Source of the DNA: Felis catus
Taxonomy: Eukaryota
Assembly (NCBI RefSeq): GCF_018350175.1
Contig: NC_058373.1
Span: 105,340,001 to 105,404,000, forward strand
Reading direction: 5' to 3'
DNA: 64,000 nt
A program made the translations under genes and the position numbers. This document shows positions 1 to 12,606 of the stretch, piece after piece (position 1 is the first letter of the stretch; the number at the start of each line of letters is the position of its first letter). A model generated the notes under the pieces. It was not told the DNA's origin. It made no database searches and was given only the letters and a program-made list of their open reading frames with translations.

Positions 1-19
1 ACAGTCTTCCACTTTCTGC

Positions 20-100
20 TTTTTTTTCCTTCAAATTTTTATTTAAATTCTAGTTAGTTAACATATAGTGTAATATTGGTTTCAGGAGTAGAATTTAGTA
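20..100 (-). mobile_element. Short carnivore L1 3' end
   Basis: T-rich tail then TAGTTAACATATAGTGTAATATTGGTTTCAGGAGTAGAATTTAGT, typical of an antisense carnivore L1 3' terminus. Confidence 0.6.
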
Positions 101-687
101 GTTCTCCTCCCATTCTTCACTTAACATTTTTGTGAATGTTTCTTCATGTTGCCAAATATTTTCAGAATTATCACTTTGAGCAATAGGTGTGAGTGGAACT
201 GAGACCCACGTGACTGATTTCTGGGACACACAATCTATCCACAAAAGGCATATTATCTCAGACGAGTGGTGCTTATTTGACCCTGAGTTGCCTGCTGAGT
301 CATAGAACTGTTCAGTGGAAAGAGAGCCAGCCCATTCCCATTTTACCGACGAGGCAACTAAAGCCTTTCCCTCCCTCTTCCTGAATGGAACACAGATGTA
401 GAGCGTCTTGCAAATCTGAGGATGAGAACCACATGCTAAGAAGGGGCCTGGGTCCCCAGTGACTTCCTTGAACAATTGTTTCAGCCCTGGGTTGCCTACA
501 TCCAGACTTCTTATTACATGAGAGGAAGAGCCATCCATTGGGTTTAGTCGCCGTGTAGTAGGGCGTCTATCACATGCAACCAAGCATACTCGTAACTGAT
601 ACCACTGTGTTCACTCATTCGTTTATTTGCTCACCGACCGTTTACTGAGTTGTAGTCACATGCCTGGAATGTACAGACTATGCACGT

Positions 688-900
688 AATAATAGCATTT
701 ATGGAATGCTTACTATGTACAATGCCTGTACCCTGAGCTTTCCAGGTCTTCTCATGTAGCATTCACAATAGCCCTCTAATATAGACATCTTTTCCCGAAT
801 TCTACAGATGAAGAAACTGGAACTCAAAGAGATGACGTAACCCTCCATAGCACCCATCTAGTGAAGTCAAAACCTCTCTGACACTTCACTTCAAAAAACT
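688..900 (+). mobile_element. MIR SINE fragment
   Basis: AATAGCATTTATGGAATGCTTACTATGT...TACAGATGAAGAAACTG resembles the MIR core. Confidence 0.55.
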
Positions 901-1843
901 GTACTCTATTTATCTTTCATGGACCAGGAAACCAAACAGATTGGGGGGGGGGGTGGGGAGCCAAACAATATGATCAAATAGCAATATTTACAACCACACT
1001 GTGAAGTAAGTATGATTATTCCCATTGGTGAGTGAGATGCAGTGAGATCAAGTGACTTCAATGCAATTAATTCAGTCTGACAAACAGCTATTGGGCACCA
1101 AATTCTGGAGATTTGGTTTAGGTGCTGAGGCTACACAGCTGTATGAGGCAAGGCCTGGCTATGGTGAGCGCTGCAAGAGAGGCAAGACTTTTCTGGAATT
1201 AAAGCCGTTGCAGAAGTTGTGCTTTCTCCGGCTGGCATCAATTACTGACTTTCTGTCAGCAGACTATTCCAGATGGGCTGGTTTCTATAAAACCCCTATG
1301 GGGAATCCTAGGATTTAGGTTCTGGGGGGAAGGGAAGGAAGGAAATTGGCCAAAGAGATTGTTTGAAAGGGCCATTTTTCAGTCTCCCCAAATCAGGTAC
1401 AAAATAATGAACTGTCACAGAACACTTTCTATTTGTTAATTGTTCAACTCTCCCAAGCACAGAGAAGAGAGTGAGAGAAGGCAACCCTCTGCCACGTGAT
1501 TGGAATCAGATTTGTTTACCAGATCAAAGCCTGGTGGGTAATGGAAACTTCAGGCAGGGAGCAGGCGGTGGGAGGAGTGGTGTGGCCGTGGCTACTCAGC
1601 TGAATACATTGTTCTGCACGCTCTGGAGCTTGAACTGCACCACTTGGAAATGCCAGCTCTCTCCAGACTTGTCACAGGAGGGGCCGGGGGCTGCTGGAAC
1701 GGCTCAGGGATGCTAAGAATGTTTATAGAGTGAAGCTACTGGGTGGTGTTCCTTGCCTAGACTGTAGACACCTCCTGTTAAGGGGAAAGTATCAAGTTCT
1801 TGGTGTGTAGCTCATTTTGAAGCTATTAACATTTCCCGATACC

Positions 1844-1995
1844 TTTTTTTTTTTTTTTTTTTTTTTTTTAATGAACAGCAGAAATTTATTCCTTATAGTT
1901 CTGGAGGCTGCAAGCCCAAGATCAGGGTGCCAGCACAGTCAGCTGAGGGCCCTCTCCTGGTTGCAAACATCTCCTTGTGTCCTCGCATGGTAGGA
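1844..1995 (-). mobile_element. MaLR (MLT1A-like) LTR 3' fragment ending in a poly(A) tract
   Basis: Reverse strand reads ...GCTGGCACCCTGATCTTGGGCTTGCAGCCTCCAGAACTATAAGGAATAAATTTCTG... then A26. Confidence 0.7.
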
Positions 1996-2067
1996 GTGGG
2001 AATGATAAACTTTCCAGACGGTTCTCTGTGTATCTTCTGGTTTCTAAGGGAATATGGAATGCACACT

Positions 2068-2453
2068 CTTTTGGACTGCATGTTTGCATCCCATCCCCCC
2101 AAATTCGTATGTTGAAATCCTAATCCACAAAAGGATGGTATTAGGAAAAGGTGAGATATTTAGGGTCAGATTAGGCTATGAGATGGGGCCCTCATGATGG
2201 GATTAGAGCCCTTATAGAAAAAGGAGGTGACAGACCTCTCTCTCATGCTCTCTCTCTCTCTCTCTCTGTATATACTTGCCCCATGGAAGGTCACATGAGA
2301 ACATAACCTGGAAGAGGGCCCTCACCAGAACTCGACCATGCTGGCACCTTGATCTTGAACTTCTAGCCTCCAGAACTGTGAGAAATAAATTTCTGTGGTT
2401 TAAGCCACCCCAGTCTAGGGTACTTTGTTATAGTCGTCTGAATGGACTATAAC
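2068..2453 (+). mobile_element. MaLR solo LTR (MLT1A-like)
   Basis: CCCCCAAATTCGTATGTTGAAATCCTAATCC...ATGATGGGATTAG...CCTCCAGAACTGTGAGAAATAAATTTCTG...TTTGTTATAG. Confidence 0.8.
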
Positions 2454-2640
2454 GTACACTATAATGACTTTACGAGAGCCAAAGGCAGTACTTGAAGGAA
2501 TTATTAATGTAGCGTAAAGGGGACAGAAGGGTGTACCACAAATTGATACGCTGGTCACCTCCAAGGAGAGAAGTTAAGTGAGTAGGGAGCCAGGGAGACT
2601 TTTACTTTAAATGTATTGTTTGAATTTTCCTTATTTTTTT

Positions 2641-2863
2641 TATTTTTTATTTTATTTTTTTTTTAGTTTTTGGGACAGAGAGAGACAGAGCATGAACGGG
2701 GGAGGGGCAGAGAGAGAGGGAGACACAGAATCGGAAACAGGCTCCAGGCTCCAGGCTCCGAGCCATCAGCCCAGAGCCCGACGCGGGGCTCGAACTCACG
2801 GACCGCGAGATTGTGACCTGGCTGAAGTCGGATGCTCAACCGACTGCGCCACCCAGGCGCCCC
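2641..2863 (-). mobile_element. Young felid CanSINE (SINEC_Fc-type)
   Basis: tRNA-derived head, (CT)n region and A tail on the minus strand. TSD TGAATTTTCCTTATTTTTTT at 2621 and 2864. Confidence 0.92.
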
Positions 2864-2883
2864 TGAATTTTCCTTATTTTTTT

Positions 2884-3020
2884 TAATGTTTATTTTTGAG
2901 AGAAAGTACACGCATATGCACCAGCACAAAGCCCAACACGGGGCTCGAACCCACAAACCGTGAGATCCTGACCTGGACCGAAGTCAGATGCTTACCTGAC
3001 TGAGCCACCCAAGCACCCCA
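2884..3020 (-). mobile_element. Older, shorter CanSINE
   Basis: GGGCTCGAACCCACAAACCGTGAGATC...GACTGAGCCACCCAAGCACCCC. Confidence 0.8.
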
Positions 3021-4237
3021 GAATTTTTCTTTGTATTGAGTCTACACTAATGTGTGACTTCTATAATTAAAATATTTTTTTCTACAAAGAAAGAAAATCC
3101 TTTACATAATACATATTAAAAGTGGCTCTTGCATTCAGTTATTTCAAATTACGAGAGTCTCATTAATCCTTTAAGAGGACGATTCAGCATAATGCCGTGT
3201 CTTGAAAAGGAGTGTTTTCAGTGACAAGATAGTTTGGGATTAGAATTCCCTTATAACACGGAGGTTGTGTGTACCGGGAGTGGACAGATAATACTTTGCA
3301 AACAATGGTTAGCGATTACTGACGGAGCAGCCCCCAGGGCACGCCTGTTCTGCTCTTAATATATCTCTCATCTTTTGCCCGCCCTGCAAATGTTAACTGA
3401 CTCACTCTCAAGGGTGATATGAATACATTCTTACTGCAGTTGTAACCTGAGGTATATAGAGAGGGTAAGGAGATTTTTTTTTCACTATAATTTTTGTGGG
3501 GTTTGAGTTAGCAGTCAGTGGAACAGGCAGGGACTGGGAGACAAGACTTCTGTTTGTTCACCAGCAGGATGCCCTTTATGTTTTATGTTCAGGGTCTCTG
3601 CTTCTGAGCCATGCTTGGGACCTGGGCATCTTTGATGAGGCCAGGAGTCCCTGTGTCTGGGGTCCTGCCTTCTGGGGCCCACTGTGGATAAAAGGTTTTA
3701 AAAGATTGTATCCCTTTCTACTCGAGAATTTTACTTTCTGTTAACTTTCTGTTTCCCTTGGAAACCTGACAGAAACACTGTGTCAGCTGTGTTATTACTG
3801 GGTATAGTAACTTTGGCAAAAATGACCCGTCAGTGGTAAATTGTCTCTAGACTGGGAGAACTGGATACTTCAGAGGAAGCCATAGCTTTGGGCTTAATTG
3901 AGAGCAGAGACTCTTGAAACTGGACAAGTCCCTGGAGGGGACCCTGGCAGCTGTGCCCATGGAGTTATTACAAGAGATATTGTCTCCTATGGGGTACAGG
4001 GGTCACCAGCTAGGGAGGATCCCACATGCTCCTCGTGTGGTCCCATTCTCTTGCTCTGGAACCCTGGGAAACTGGAGGAAAGAGCTGTGATGGCCATGTG
4101 GACGGCTGCAGGGACTACTCCCAGGGGAAAGGAACACCGCTGCCCCCCTGCTGGCAGGATTTCCCGTCTTGTATATTGAAACCACGTGTGGCTGACTGTG
4201 GTCTTGTGTGGCTGGATATTTAGGTGAGTCTAAGAAA

Positions 4238-4242
4238 CACAC

Positions 4243-4281
<39 letters not shown>
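4238..4281. repeat. (CA)n microsatellite
   Basis: Directly visible. Confidence 0.95.
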
Positions 4282-4283
<2 letters not shown>

Positions 4284-4899
4284 GGGGTGGATTTTCTACA
4301 AAAACCTACACTCTACAGCCATCTCCTAAGGACTCATGCCTCCCAAGGGGCTGGGAGGTAGCCAGGCCTGGGCCCTTCTTTCTATAGAATTCACAGACCT
4401 CTCCTCTTCCCGGTCCATTGGGAATGTCTTCTTCTGAATCTCCCCTTGAAGCCTTTTGATGTTTCCATTTTCCTCCCTACTTAATAGGATCTCTTCTGGC
4501 AAGTACGGTCCTTTAATGAAACTGGAAGAGCCGTGGCTTTCAAGGATCTTTGCTTTCTGCTCTGTAAAACTTGCCAAGACAAGGAAATACTAAAGTCTGC
4601 TGGGAATGGTGGTAGGGTAGGTGGGTGGAGGGCGGAGTCAGAAAATAAAACTCTAATTAGTATGTATGAAAACTTACGCTGTAACAAGTTACACTTGTTA
4701 ATATTAATGATAAAAACATTATTTAGGGCTTGGTTATTTGCAAAGCGTTTTCACAACCAGTCTCTCATTTTAGCCTGACAGTATCTTGTCAGCGAAGCAG
4801 GCAGCGGTGTGGTGGTAACCCTGGGAAAGGAGAGGGAAGCCCTGCTTTGTCACATTTTGCCTGTTTCCATGGTGTAAAAGCTCCCACCACATCCAATTT

Positions 4900-5116
4900 A
4901 ATTTTTTTTTAGTGTTTATTTATTTTTGAGAGAGAGAGAGAGAGGAAGGACATGAGCAGGGGAGGGGCAGAGAGACACGGAGACACAGAATCCAAAGCAG
5001 GTTCCAGGCTCTGGGCTGCCAGCACAGAGCCCGATGCAGGTCTTGAACCCAAGAGCCCTGAGATCATGACCTGAGCCCAAGTCGGACGCTTAACCGACAG
5101 AACCACCCAGGCGCCC
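4900..5116 (-). mobile_element. CanSINE
   Basis: Typical body. TSD CCACCACATCCAATTT at ~4884 and ~5119. Confidence 0.9.
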
Positions 5117-5201
5117 CCCCACCACATCCAATTTTAAACCACCAATGACTTAACCACTCTGAATTTCTAAATAATTAGAAATAAATATTGGCTTGGGCGG
5201 G

Positions 5202-5430
5202 GGGGCGCCTGGGTGGCTCCGTCGGTTAAGCGTCCGACTTGGGCTCAGGTCATGATTCCACAGTTCGTGAGTTCGAGGCCTGCATCGGGTCTGTGCTGAC
5301 AGCTTGGAGCCTGGACCCTGCTTCAGATTCTGTGTCTCCCTCTTTGTCTGCCCCTCTGCTGCTCATGCTCCCTCTCTCCCTCTCTCTCTCTCTCTCTCTC
5401 ACAAAAATCAATAAACATTAAAAAAATTTA
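5202..5430 (+). mobile_element. CanSINE
   Basis: GGGGCGCCTGGGTGGCTCCGTCGGTTAAGCG head, (CT)n and A tail. Flanked by ATATTGGCTTGGG on both sides. Confidence 0.9.
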
Positions 5431-6401
5431 AAAAATATATTGGCTTGGGATAGTTGATGCCATCTGGCTCCAGTGCACTCGTGGAGGCAGGACATGGATA
5501 ATCATCCCAATTTGAAGATAAGCAAAGCTCAGAAATTTTGTTCAAGGTCACAGAGCTGGTAGGGGGCAAAGCTAGAAACTTGAACTCATGTCTACTATTG
5601 TGTACCTTTCTCTTGCTGCATTAAGTCTATCCTTCATGCTATTAGCGTAGTTAAAAAAACAAACAAACCTGAATCCATTAACCACCATTAAGAAATGCCT
5701 ACAACTCCCTTCAAATGTCTGCTTTGTTATTATTCTTACTTTTCTCCTCTCTCCCCTTTAAGGAAAGATTCTTTCAATGTATAGAAACTCAACCCACCCC
5801 ACTCTTCTGGGACCACCCTCCACTAATCAATGCACTCCTCTGTCTTACATCTTTGAATCTCCTCCCACCTTCTCCCTCATCTATAACTCCCTTTGCAATT
5901 TCTCTAATTCAAAACCAGTCCCCTGCCTCCGACTTGCTTACCGTATACTCTCGTCACCATGCTTCTGGACAAAGTCAAACATTTATTTCAGTACTTTCTA
6001 CTCGGGCCTCGGGTCACTGTAATTTGTTTTATACCCACAGAGGCCCTGATCTGTCCTGTCAAAGATCATCTGTGTTGTCCTCATGGCAAACCCCAGGCTT
6101 AATCTCAGTGCTCCTCCAGCTTACCCTTTCTTTTGTACTTGATGGGCTACTGAGTTTCTTCTCGAAATGCACTTCTCACTTGGTTTGCCTCCTTGGTCAA
6201 GCTCAAGGGGTTCTCATCACATCTTTCTGAGTGATCCTCTCCTAGGAAAGGGACCTCCACAAGCATCCAGACAGAGCCTGTGGCAAATGCTTGTTTTGTC
6301 AGTCACTGACTCCCGGCATTCTCTTCCGCTTCTCTCTCTTTGTATCAAACCTGATGCTTGGCAGAGCTGGTCTGGCTGCCTTTGAAACACCATCAAGTTC
6401 A

Positions 6402-6977
6402 TTTTTTTCTTTTACTTTCTTTTATTTTTTAAAAAAATTTTTTTAACGTTTATTTATTTTTGAGACAGAGAGAGACAGAGCGTGAGTGGGGATGGGGCAG
6501 AGAGAGAAGGAGACACAGAATCTGAAACAGGCTCCAGGCTCTGAGCGGTCAGCACAGAGCCCGACGCGGGGCTTGAACTCAAGGACCGTGAGATCATGAC
6601 CTGAGCCGAAGTCGGATACTTAACTGACCAAGCCACCCAGGCGCCCCCATTTTTTTCTTTTACAGTAGAGATCAAGGTCTGAGCTGAAATCAAGAGTCAG
6701 ACACTTAACCAACTGAGCCACCCAAGCACCCTTCATCCTGTTTATTTTATTTTTTTTTATTTTTTAATTTTTTTTAACGTTTATTTATTTTTGAGACAGA
6801 GAGAGACAGAGCATGAACAGGGGAGGGGCAGAGAGAGAGGGAGACACAGAATCTGAAACAGGCTCCAGGCTCTGAGCCGTCAGCCCAGAGCCCGACGCGG
6901 GGCTCAAACTCACGGACCGCGAGATCGTGACCTGGCTGAAGTCGGACGCTTAACCGACCGAGCCACCCAGGCGCCCC
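6402..6977 (-). mobile_element. Cluster of CanSINEs (~6402-6648, partial ~6660-6732, ~6750-6977)
   Basis: Three SINE heads in the same orientation. The last has TSD CTGTTTATTTTA at 6738 and 6978. Confidence 0.88.
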
Positions 6978-7789
6978 CTGTTTATTTTAATTCTCTGCCC
7001 CATGACTCTGTGAAGACATCACACCCACCTTGCAGCATGCACCAACTATTACATGAAAGGGACATGCCCAGCATAGCCTTGTTGATAGGGGAGGTCTAGA
7101 ACAAGTATACCTGATTGGTCTGGCACGTTGGCTCTCCTCTCTTGAGTCTCAGGGTGCCTGACTTTACTATTTCTGTTGAATCCTTTAGGTTTCTGTAGGT
7201 TGGCATGCCAGAAAACTCATGGATTTTGTGTTGAGAAGGATTTGGGCTTGAATTTTGCGTGTCATTTACTAGCATTGTGGCTTTAGGTGTGCCATATAAC
7301 CCTTCTGAGTCTGTGTTGTCATCCGGAAGAGGTATGGTATCTTATTTGCAGGGAGATTGTGGACTCTGAGTGAGATAAAATATGAAAAGGGTCCAGCATC
7401 GCCAGCACTCAAAACATGGCAGATGCCATCATTATCGTTGGCCTTCTGTCCTTCTTACCAGGTTCATGTTTGGCATCTGCACGCAATGATTCTAGTTCTC
7501 AGGCCTGGCCATTCATATTCCAACCAATTTGGATAACACCCCTTCTGGCTTGATCCAGAATGCTCTGATCTGGACCACCTGTCCCACAGATGGCATTTCT
7601 GTGTAGACCCGGGCCTTTTGCTCTGGACTTCTACCCTGTTCCCACATTGAAGACACACAAAAAAGAAGTTTTACCTCCATTTTACTCTCATAACTTTGCC
7701 AACCCCCCACGTCCAATCCAATCCAATCCCCTACATCCTCCTCTGACCAGTTCAGGAGGAGCCACATTTTGATTTGGAATTTCTAAAGA

Positions 7790-7989
7790 ATTTATTGTAT
7801 TTTATTTTATTTATTTTAAGTTTACCTATTTTGAGAGACAGAGAGAGAGAGGGAGAGAGGGAATTCCAAGTAGGCTCTGTGCTGTCAGCACAGAGCCCGA
7901 TGTGGGGCTCAAACCCATAAACTGTGAGATCATGACCTGAGCCAAAACCGAGTTGGATGCTTAACCGACTGATCCACCCAGGCACCCCA
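7790..7989 (-). mobile_element. CanSINE
   Basis: Typical body. TSD-like GAATTTCTAAA(G/T)AATTTA on both sides. Confidence 0.85.
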
Positions 7990-8207
7990 GAATTTCTAAA
8001 TAATTTAATGCTTTCTTTGTAGGTGAGATTTAATATATGTGCAGGTGTATATATGCCTGAGTTGATTTACTTTTTCCTTCGTTGTTTACTTGCCTTTTGA
8101 GATCTGCAAAAAACGATCACTTGTTGGTTTGGAAAGAATTACTTCTCTTTTGAGTTCCAAACCAGTGAGTTCCCGGAAGCCAATTATGTTTAGCTCAAAG
8201 AATATTC

Positions 8208-8675
8208 TGGGGCACCTGGATGGCTCAGTCAGTTAAGTGAGCAACTCTTGATTTCAGCTCGGATCGTGATCCCAGCATCGTGGCTTCATATGGGGTTCTA
8301 CACTGAGCATGGAGCCTGCCTAAGTTTCTCTTTCTCTCTCTCTCTCCTCCTCTCTGCCCCTCTCCCCTGCTTGTGTGTGCTCTCTCTCTAAAATAAAGTT
8401 TTAAAAAAGAATACTTTTGCACTGTTTTGTTTAAAAACACATTTCCCAGGAATCCCTGGGTGGCTCAGTCAGTTAAGCGTCCAGCTTTGGCTCAGGTCAT
8501 GATCTTGCAGTTTGTGAGTTCGAGCCCCGCATTGGGCTCTGTGCCGACAGCTCAAAGCCTGGAGCCTGCTTTGGATTCTGTCTCCCTCTCTCTCTGCCCC
8601 TCCCCCATGCATGCTCTGTCTGTCCCTCAAAAATAAACGTTAAAAATTAAATAAATACAATACAATACAATACAA
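8208..8675 (+). mobile_element. Two CanSINEs (~8208-8408 and ~8448-8675)
   Basis: Two heads with (CT)n and A tails. The second has TSD AAAACACATTTCCCA and an (AATAC)n tail. Confidence 0.85.
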
Positions 8676-9747
8676 TAAAAACACATTTCCCAATGCTGGA
8701 TACTGAAAAGATACTTTTACAGTCACTTCTGTTTGGGGAATGAATCAACAAATGTAGAATTTCTGCCTTAATATAATACCATCTAAAGTTTTATTTGTTT
8801 ATTTGTTCATTTGTTTATACGTATACCTACTCAGCAGTAGGAAAGTTGTGAAGATGCATCAAATCTGATAATTATAATGTATTTCTCAAAGGATTGTATA
8901 TTTTAAAAATATTTTTTATGGTTATTTCAAGAATAATGTATACCCAAAGTCAAATAGTCCAGAATCTCTAAGATACACTATTAGCAGTTGTATAAACACC
9001 CAGATGATATTTTTGTGCACATACTAACAAATGTATGTGTGTGTATGTGTAACTGTGTGTGTGTGTGTGTGTATGTATGTATTCACATACTTAACTGCTC
9101 TGCAACTTGCTTTTCCCACTTACAGTGGACTATTGTTTCTTTCTGTGTCAGTAAATAAAACTTTGACTTCTTTATATTTTAATCACCTGTATAATAATGC
9201 CATTGAGCAGAGGTGCAATTTTAAATCACCTCACGCATTCTCATTCCTTACAAGTAGAGAACATTTGGTTCTTAAATGAGTTAACTGAATAGTACCTAAT
9301 TATTTAAATAGATAGCTCCTCCTACCTGAAAATGTTAATAAATAATTCATTAGTAACTAGAGGCCGCCACAAACCTTGTATTCCTAGGAAAGAAGGGACT
9401 CGTTCAATTAGAGAATATGTGTACCTAAGCAGAAACAGCGTGGCATAGCGGAGAAAATACTGCACTAGAAGCCAAAGATCTTGGATTCTAGGTTTGATTT
9501 TTTTTTTCTCTTGACCAAGCCATCGATATCACTGGTTTCGTCAACTTCATTAAGATGGAGAGAATAATGGATACCTGCCTAACTCAAAAGATTCTTCTGA
9601 GGATATCCTATGATAAAATATATACAAACATTTGGGAAACTACCAGTTTTGCTATTAGGTGTTATTTAATGATTTCAGTGAGTTTACCTGAGCAATTGAG
9701 GATAAGCTGGCAGCTTACACTAATGTAGAGATCTCTAATTATACGAG

Positions 9748-10150
9748 GTGTGGGAGATTCTATGGCCACACATTCTTTGTTACATACCCTATTGAGAGGT
9801 GATGTCTAATCCTCTTAACTTTGAACTTTGACCAACAGAATGCAGCAGAAGAAGTGTTCTTGGACTTTCAAGGCTACATCACAAGAAGCCTTGTAGCTCA
9901 TGCCTTGGTCTCCTAGAACATTCCCTCTAGGTGAATCCAACCACAACATCAAATGTCCAGCCACTCTGAAATCACCATACTGTGAGGAAACCTAAGGGAG
10001 CCATAGTGGAGAGGGCATGAAGAGAGAGGTGCCTGTCCAGTCCTAGCTATTTCAGCCTTCCCAGCTTGGGTTCCAGACATGTGAGTGAAGAAGCTATCTT
10101 GGATAGTCCAGTGTTAGCAGACATGACATGGTAAAGAGCCATCTTGGATA
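9748..10150 (+). mobile_element. MaLR (MLT1-type) LTR
   Basis: ATGGCCACACATTCTTTG...CCTATTGAGAGGTG...TGTGAGGAAACCTAAG...CCAGACATGTGAGTGAAGAAGC. Confidence 0.6.
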
Positions 10151-10159
10151 TTGTAACAC

Positions 10160-10605
10160 ATGTACAGACAAAGTACTTCTACTCAGTATACACAAAGAAT
10201 TATTATAACTCAATAATACAAAATCCAATTTAAAAATGGCAAAAGGGGGCACCTGGGTGGCTCAGTCTGTTAAACGTCTGACCTCAGCTCAGGTCACGAT
10301 CTTGTGGTTAGTGAGTTCGAGCCCCACCTCAGGATCTCTGTTGTCAGCACAGAGCCTGCTTTGGATCCTCTGACCCCCTCTCTTTCTGCCCCTCTCCCGC
10401 TTGCGCACTCTCTCAAAAATAAACATTTAAAAAAAATAAAAATTACAAAGGGGGGTGCCTGAGTGGCTCATTTGGTTGGGTTTCCGACTTGACTTCAGCT
10501 GAGGTTACCATCTCGTGGTTGTGGAGTTGAGCCCCACGACCGGCTCGGTGTGGAGTATGGGACCAGCTTGGGTTCTTTCTCTCTCAGCCCCTTCCCTGTG
10601 CGTGT

Positions 10606-10645
<40 letters not shown>

Positions 10646-11410
10646 TCTCTCTCTTAAAATAGCTAAATAAATTTAAAAATAAAAGTAAAAAATGGCAAAA
10701 GAATTGAACAGATAGTTCACAAAAGAAGATACCAGAATGGCTAATAAACTTGTGGAAAAATGCTCAACATCATTAGTCATCAGGGAAATGCAAATTAAAA
10801 TCATAATGACATACTATTAGATTTTTTAAAATTATAAAGACTGATTATACAAACCTAGTAAAGACATAGAATTCCCATACCCTACTGGTGGGAATGTAAA
10901 ATGATACAACCACTTTGATAGCTTCTTTAAAAGTTAAACATTCACCTACTGTAGGAGGCAGACATTCCACTCCTAGGCATTTCCTTGAGAAATGAAATCA
11001 TATGTCCACACAACAACTTGCACATGAATATTCATAGCAGCTTTATTTGTAATATTCAAAAACTGGAGCAAACCCAAATGTCCCCCAACAGATGAGTGGA
11101 TATCAAACTGTGACACATCCCTACAATGGAATGCTGCTCAGCAATGGAAATAAATGAACTATTGATACATAGAGCAACCTGGTTGAATCTCAAAATAATT
11201 ACGCTGAAAGAAGCCAGACAAAAAAGAATATATTCTGTCTGACTTTATTTATATAAAATTCTAAAGAACTAATCTACAGTGATGAAAAATAGGTCAGTGG
11301 TTGCTTTAGAGGGAGAGATGGATTACCAAGGAGCCCAGGGAAATTTGGCAGGGGTGAGGGGCGGTGATTAAAAATTTTTTAATCTTGATTTTAGTGATGG
11401 TGTATACATG
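10160..11410 (+). mobile_element. Old L1 (L1M) ORF2 end and 3' UTR, interrupted by two CanSINEs (~10245-10440, ~10450-10690)
   Basis: TGCTCAACATCATTAGTCATCAGGGAAATGCAAATTAAAA, TGGTGGGAATGTAAAATG, TTCATAGCAGCTTTATT and GATGAGTGGATA are L1 3' hallmarks. Confidence 0.8.
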
Positions 11411-11414
11411 TGGC

Positions 11415-11975
11415 AAACGAAATCTGAGGTGACCCGATGACCTCTCCTCCCTGTGTTCATTCCTTTGTGCATGGGCAGGGATGCTTGAGTATGGGCAGGA
11501 ACTGTGACTTGCTTCCAACCAATATATTATCGAAAGTGATTGGTTGTCACTCCTGTAATTACCTTATTTACCACTCCCTCTTAGCAGACTGAATTTAGAG
11601 ACTTTCCTTGCATGCTTGATGAAGTGGTCATGTTGGAGAAGCCCAGGTGGTAAGGAAATAAGGATGGCCTCTGAGAACTGTGAGTGGCTCTGGGACCTGA
11701 GGGTGTCCTGGAGCCTTCAGTCATATGTCCACAAAGTAGTAAATTCTGCCAACAACTTCAATGAGCTTGACGGTGTTTTTTTCTTCAACTGGGCACTGGA
11801 TGAGAATGCAGCCCAGAAGACATGTTGACTGAAACTTTGGGAGACCCTGAGCGGAGGCCCCTGTTAAACCGTGTGCCTGGACTCTTGGCCCACAGAAATT
11901 GTGAGGTGCTAAATGTGTGCTGTGAGCCACTAAGTTTGTGGTAACTTGTTATGCAGCAATAGACAACGAATACAA
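11415..11975 (+). mobile_element. MaLR (MLT1-type) LTR
   Basis: TTCTGCCAACAAC...AATGAGCTTG...GATGAGAATGCAGCCCAG...AAGTTTGTGGTAACTTGTTATGCAGCAATAGA. Confidence 0.7.
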
Positions 11976-12029
11976 TACATATGGCACACTGATGAAATTA
12001 TATACTTTAAATATATGAGGACTATTGCC

Positions 12030-12606
12030 CTTGGGGGACCTCAGTCTTTTTTCTTCGGGATTTCAACTAAATTGGATGAGGCCCACCCATGTTATGGAGA
12101 GGGGGGTAGTCTGCTTTACTCAAAGTTTGCTAATTTACTAAATAAGTCAGAGAAAGGCAAATGCCATATGATTTCACTCATACGTGGAATTTAAGAAAAG
12201 AAACAAGCAAAGGGGAAAATTGTGTGTGTATGTTTATGTGTGTGAGAGACAGAGAGAGAGAGAGAGAGAGAGGAGAGAGAAACAGAGTCTTAATTATAGA
12301 GAACAATCTGATGGTTACCAGAGGGGAGGGGGTGGGGGGATGGGTTAAATAGGGGATCTGGATTAAGGAGTGCACTTGTCATGATGAGCTCTGGCTGATG
12401 TATGGAAGTGTCGAATCACTATATCGTGCACCTGAAACTGATATGACACTGTATTTTAACTGGAATTGACCTGAAAAACTTAAAAAAAGTTTGCTGGTTT
12501 CCATGTTAATCATATCTAAAACATTTCTTCACAGACAACCTCCAGACCAGTATTAGGCTGAGTACCATGATCTAACCAAGTTGACACATAAAATTAGCCA
12601 TGACAC
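12030..12606 (-). mobile_element. ERVL (MLT2-type) LTR fragment split by an L1 insertion
   Basis: ATTGGATGAGGCCCACCCA...CTGCTTTACTCAAAGT...CCAAGTTGACACATAAAATTAGCCATGACA. Confidence 0.65.
12138..12488 (+). mobile_element. Carnivore L1 3' end
   Basis: AAATAAGTCAGAGAAAG...CCATATGATTTCACTCAT...GATTAAGGAGTGCACTTGTCATGATGAGC. TSD-like AAAGTTTGCT at 12122 and 12487. Confidence 0.8.

Noticed and set aside
4138..4157. CTCF-like CCAGCAGGGGGGCAG on the minus strand
   Set aside because: An extra G breaks the conserved GGC register, so the match is weak.
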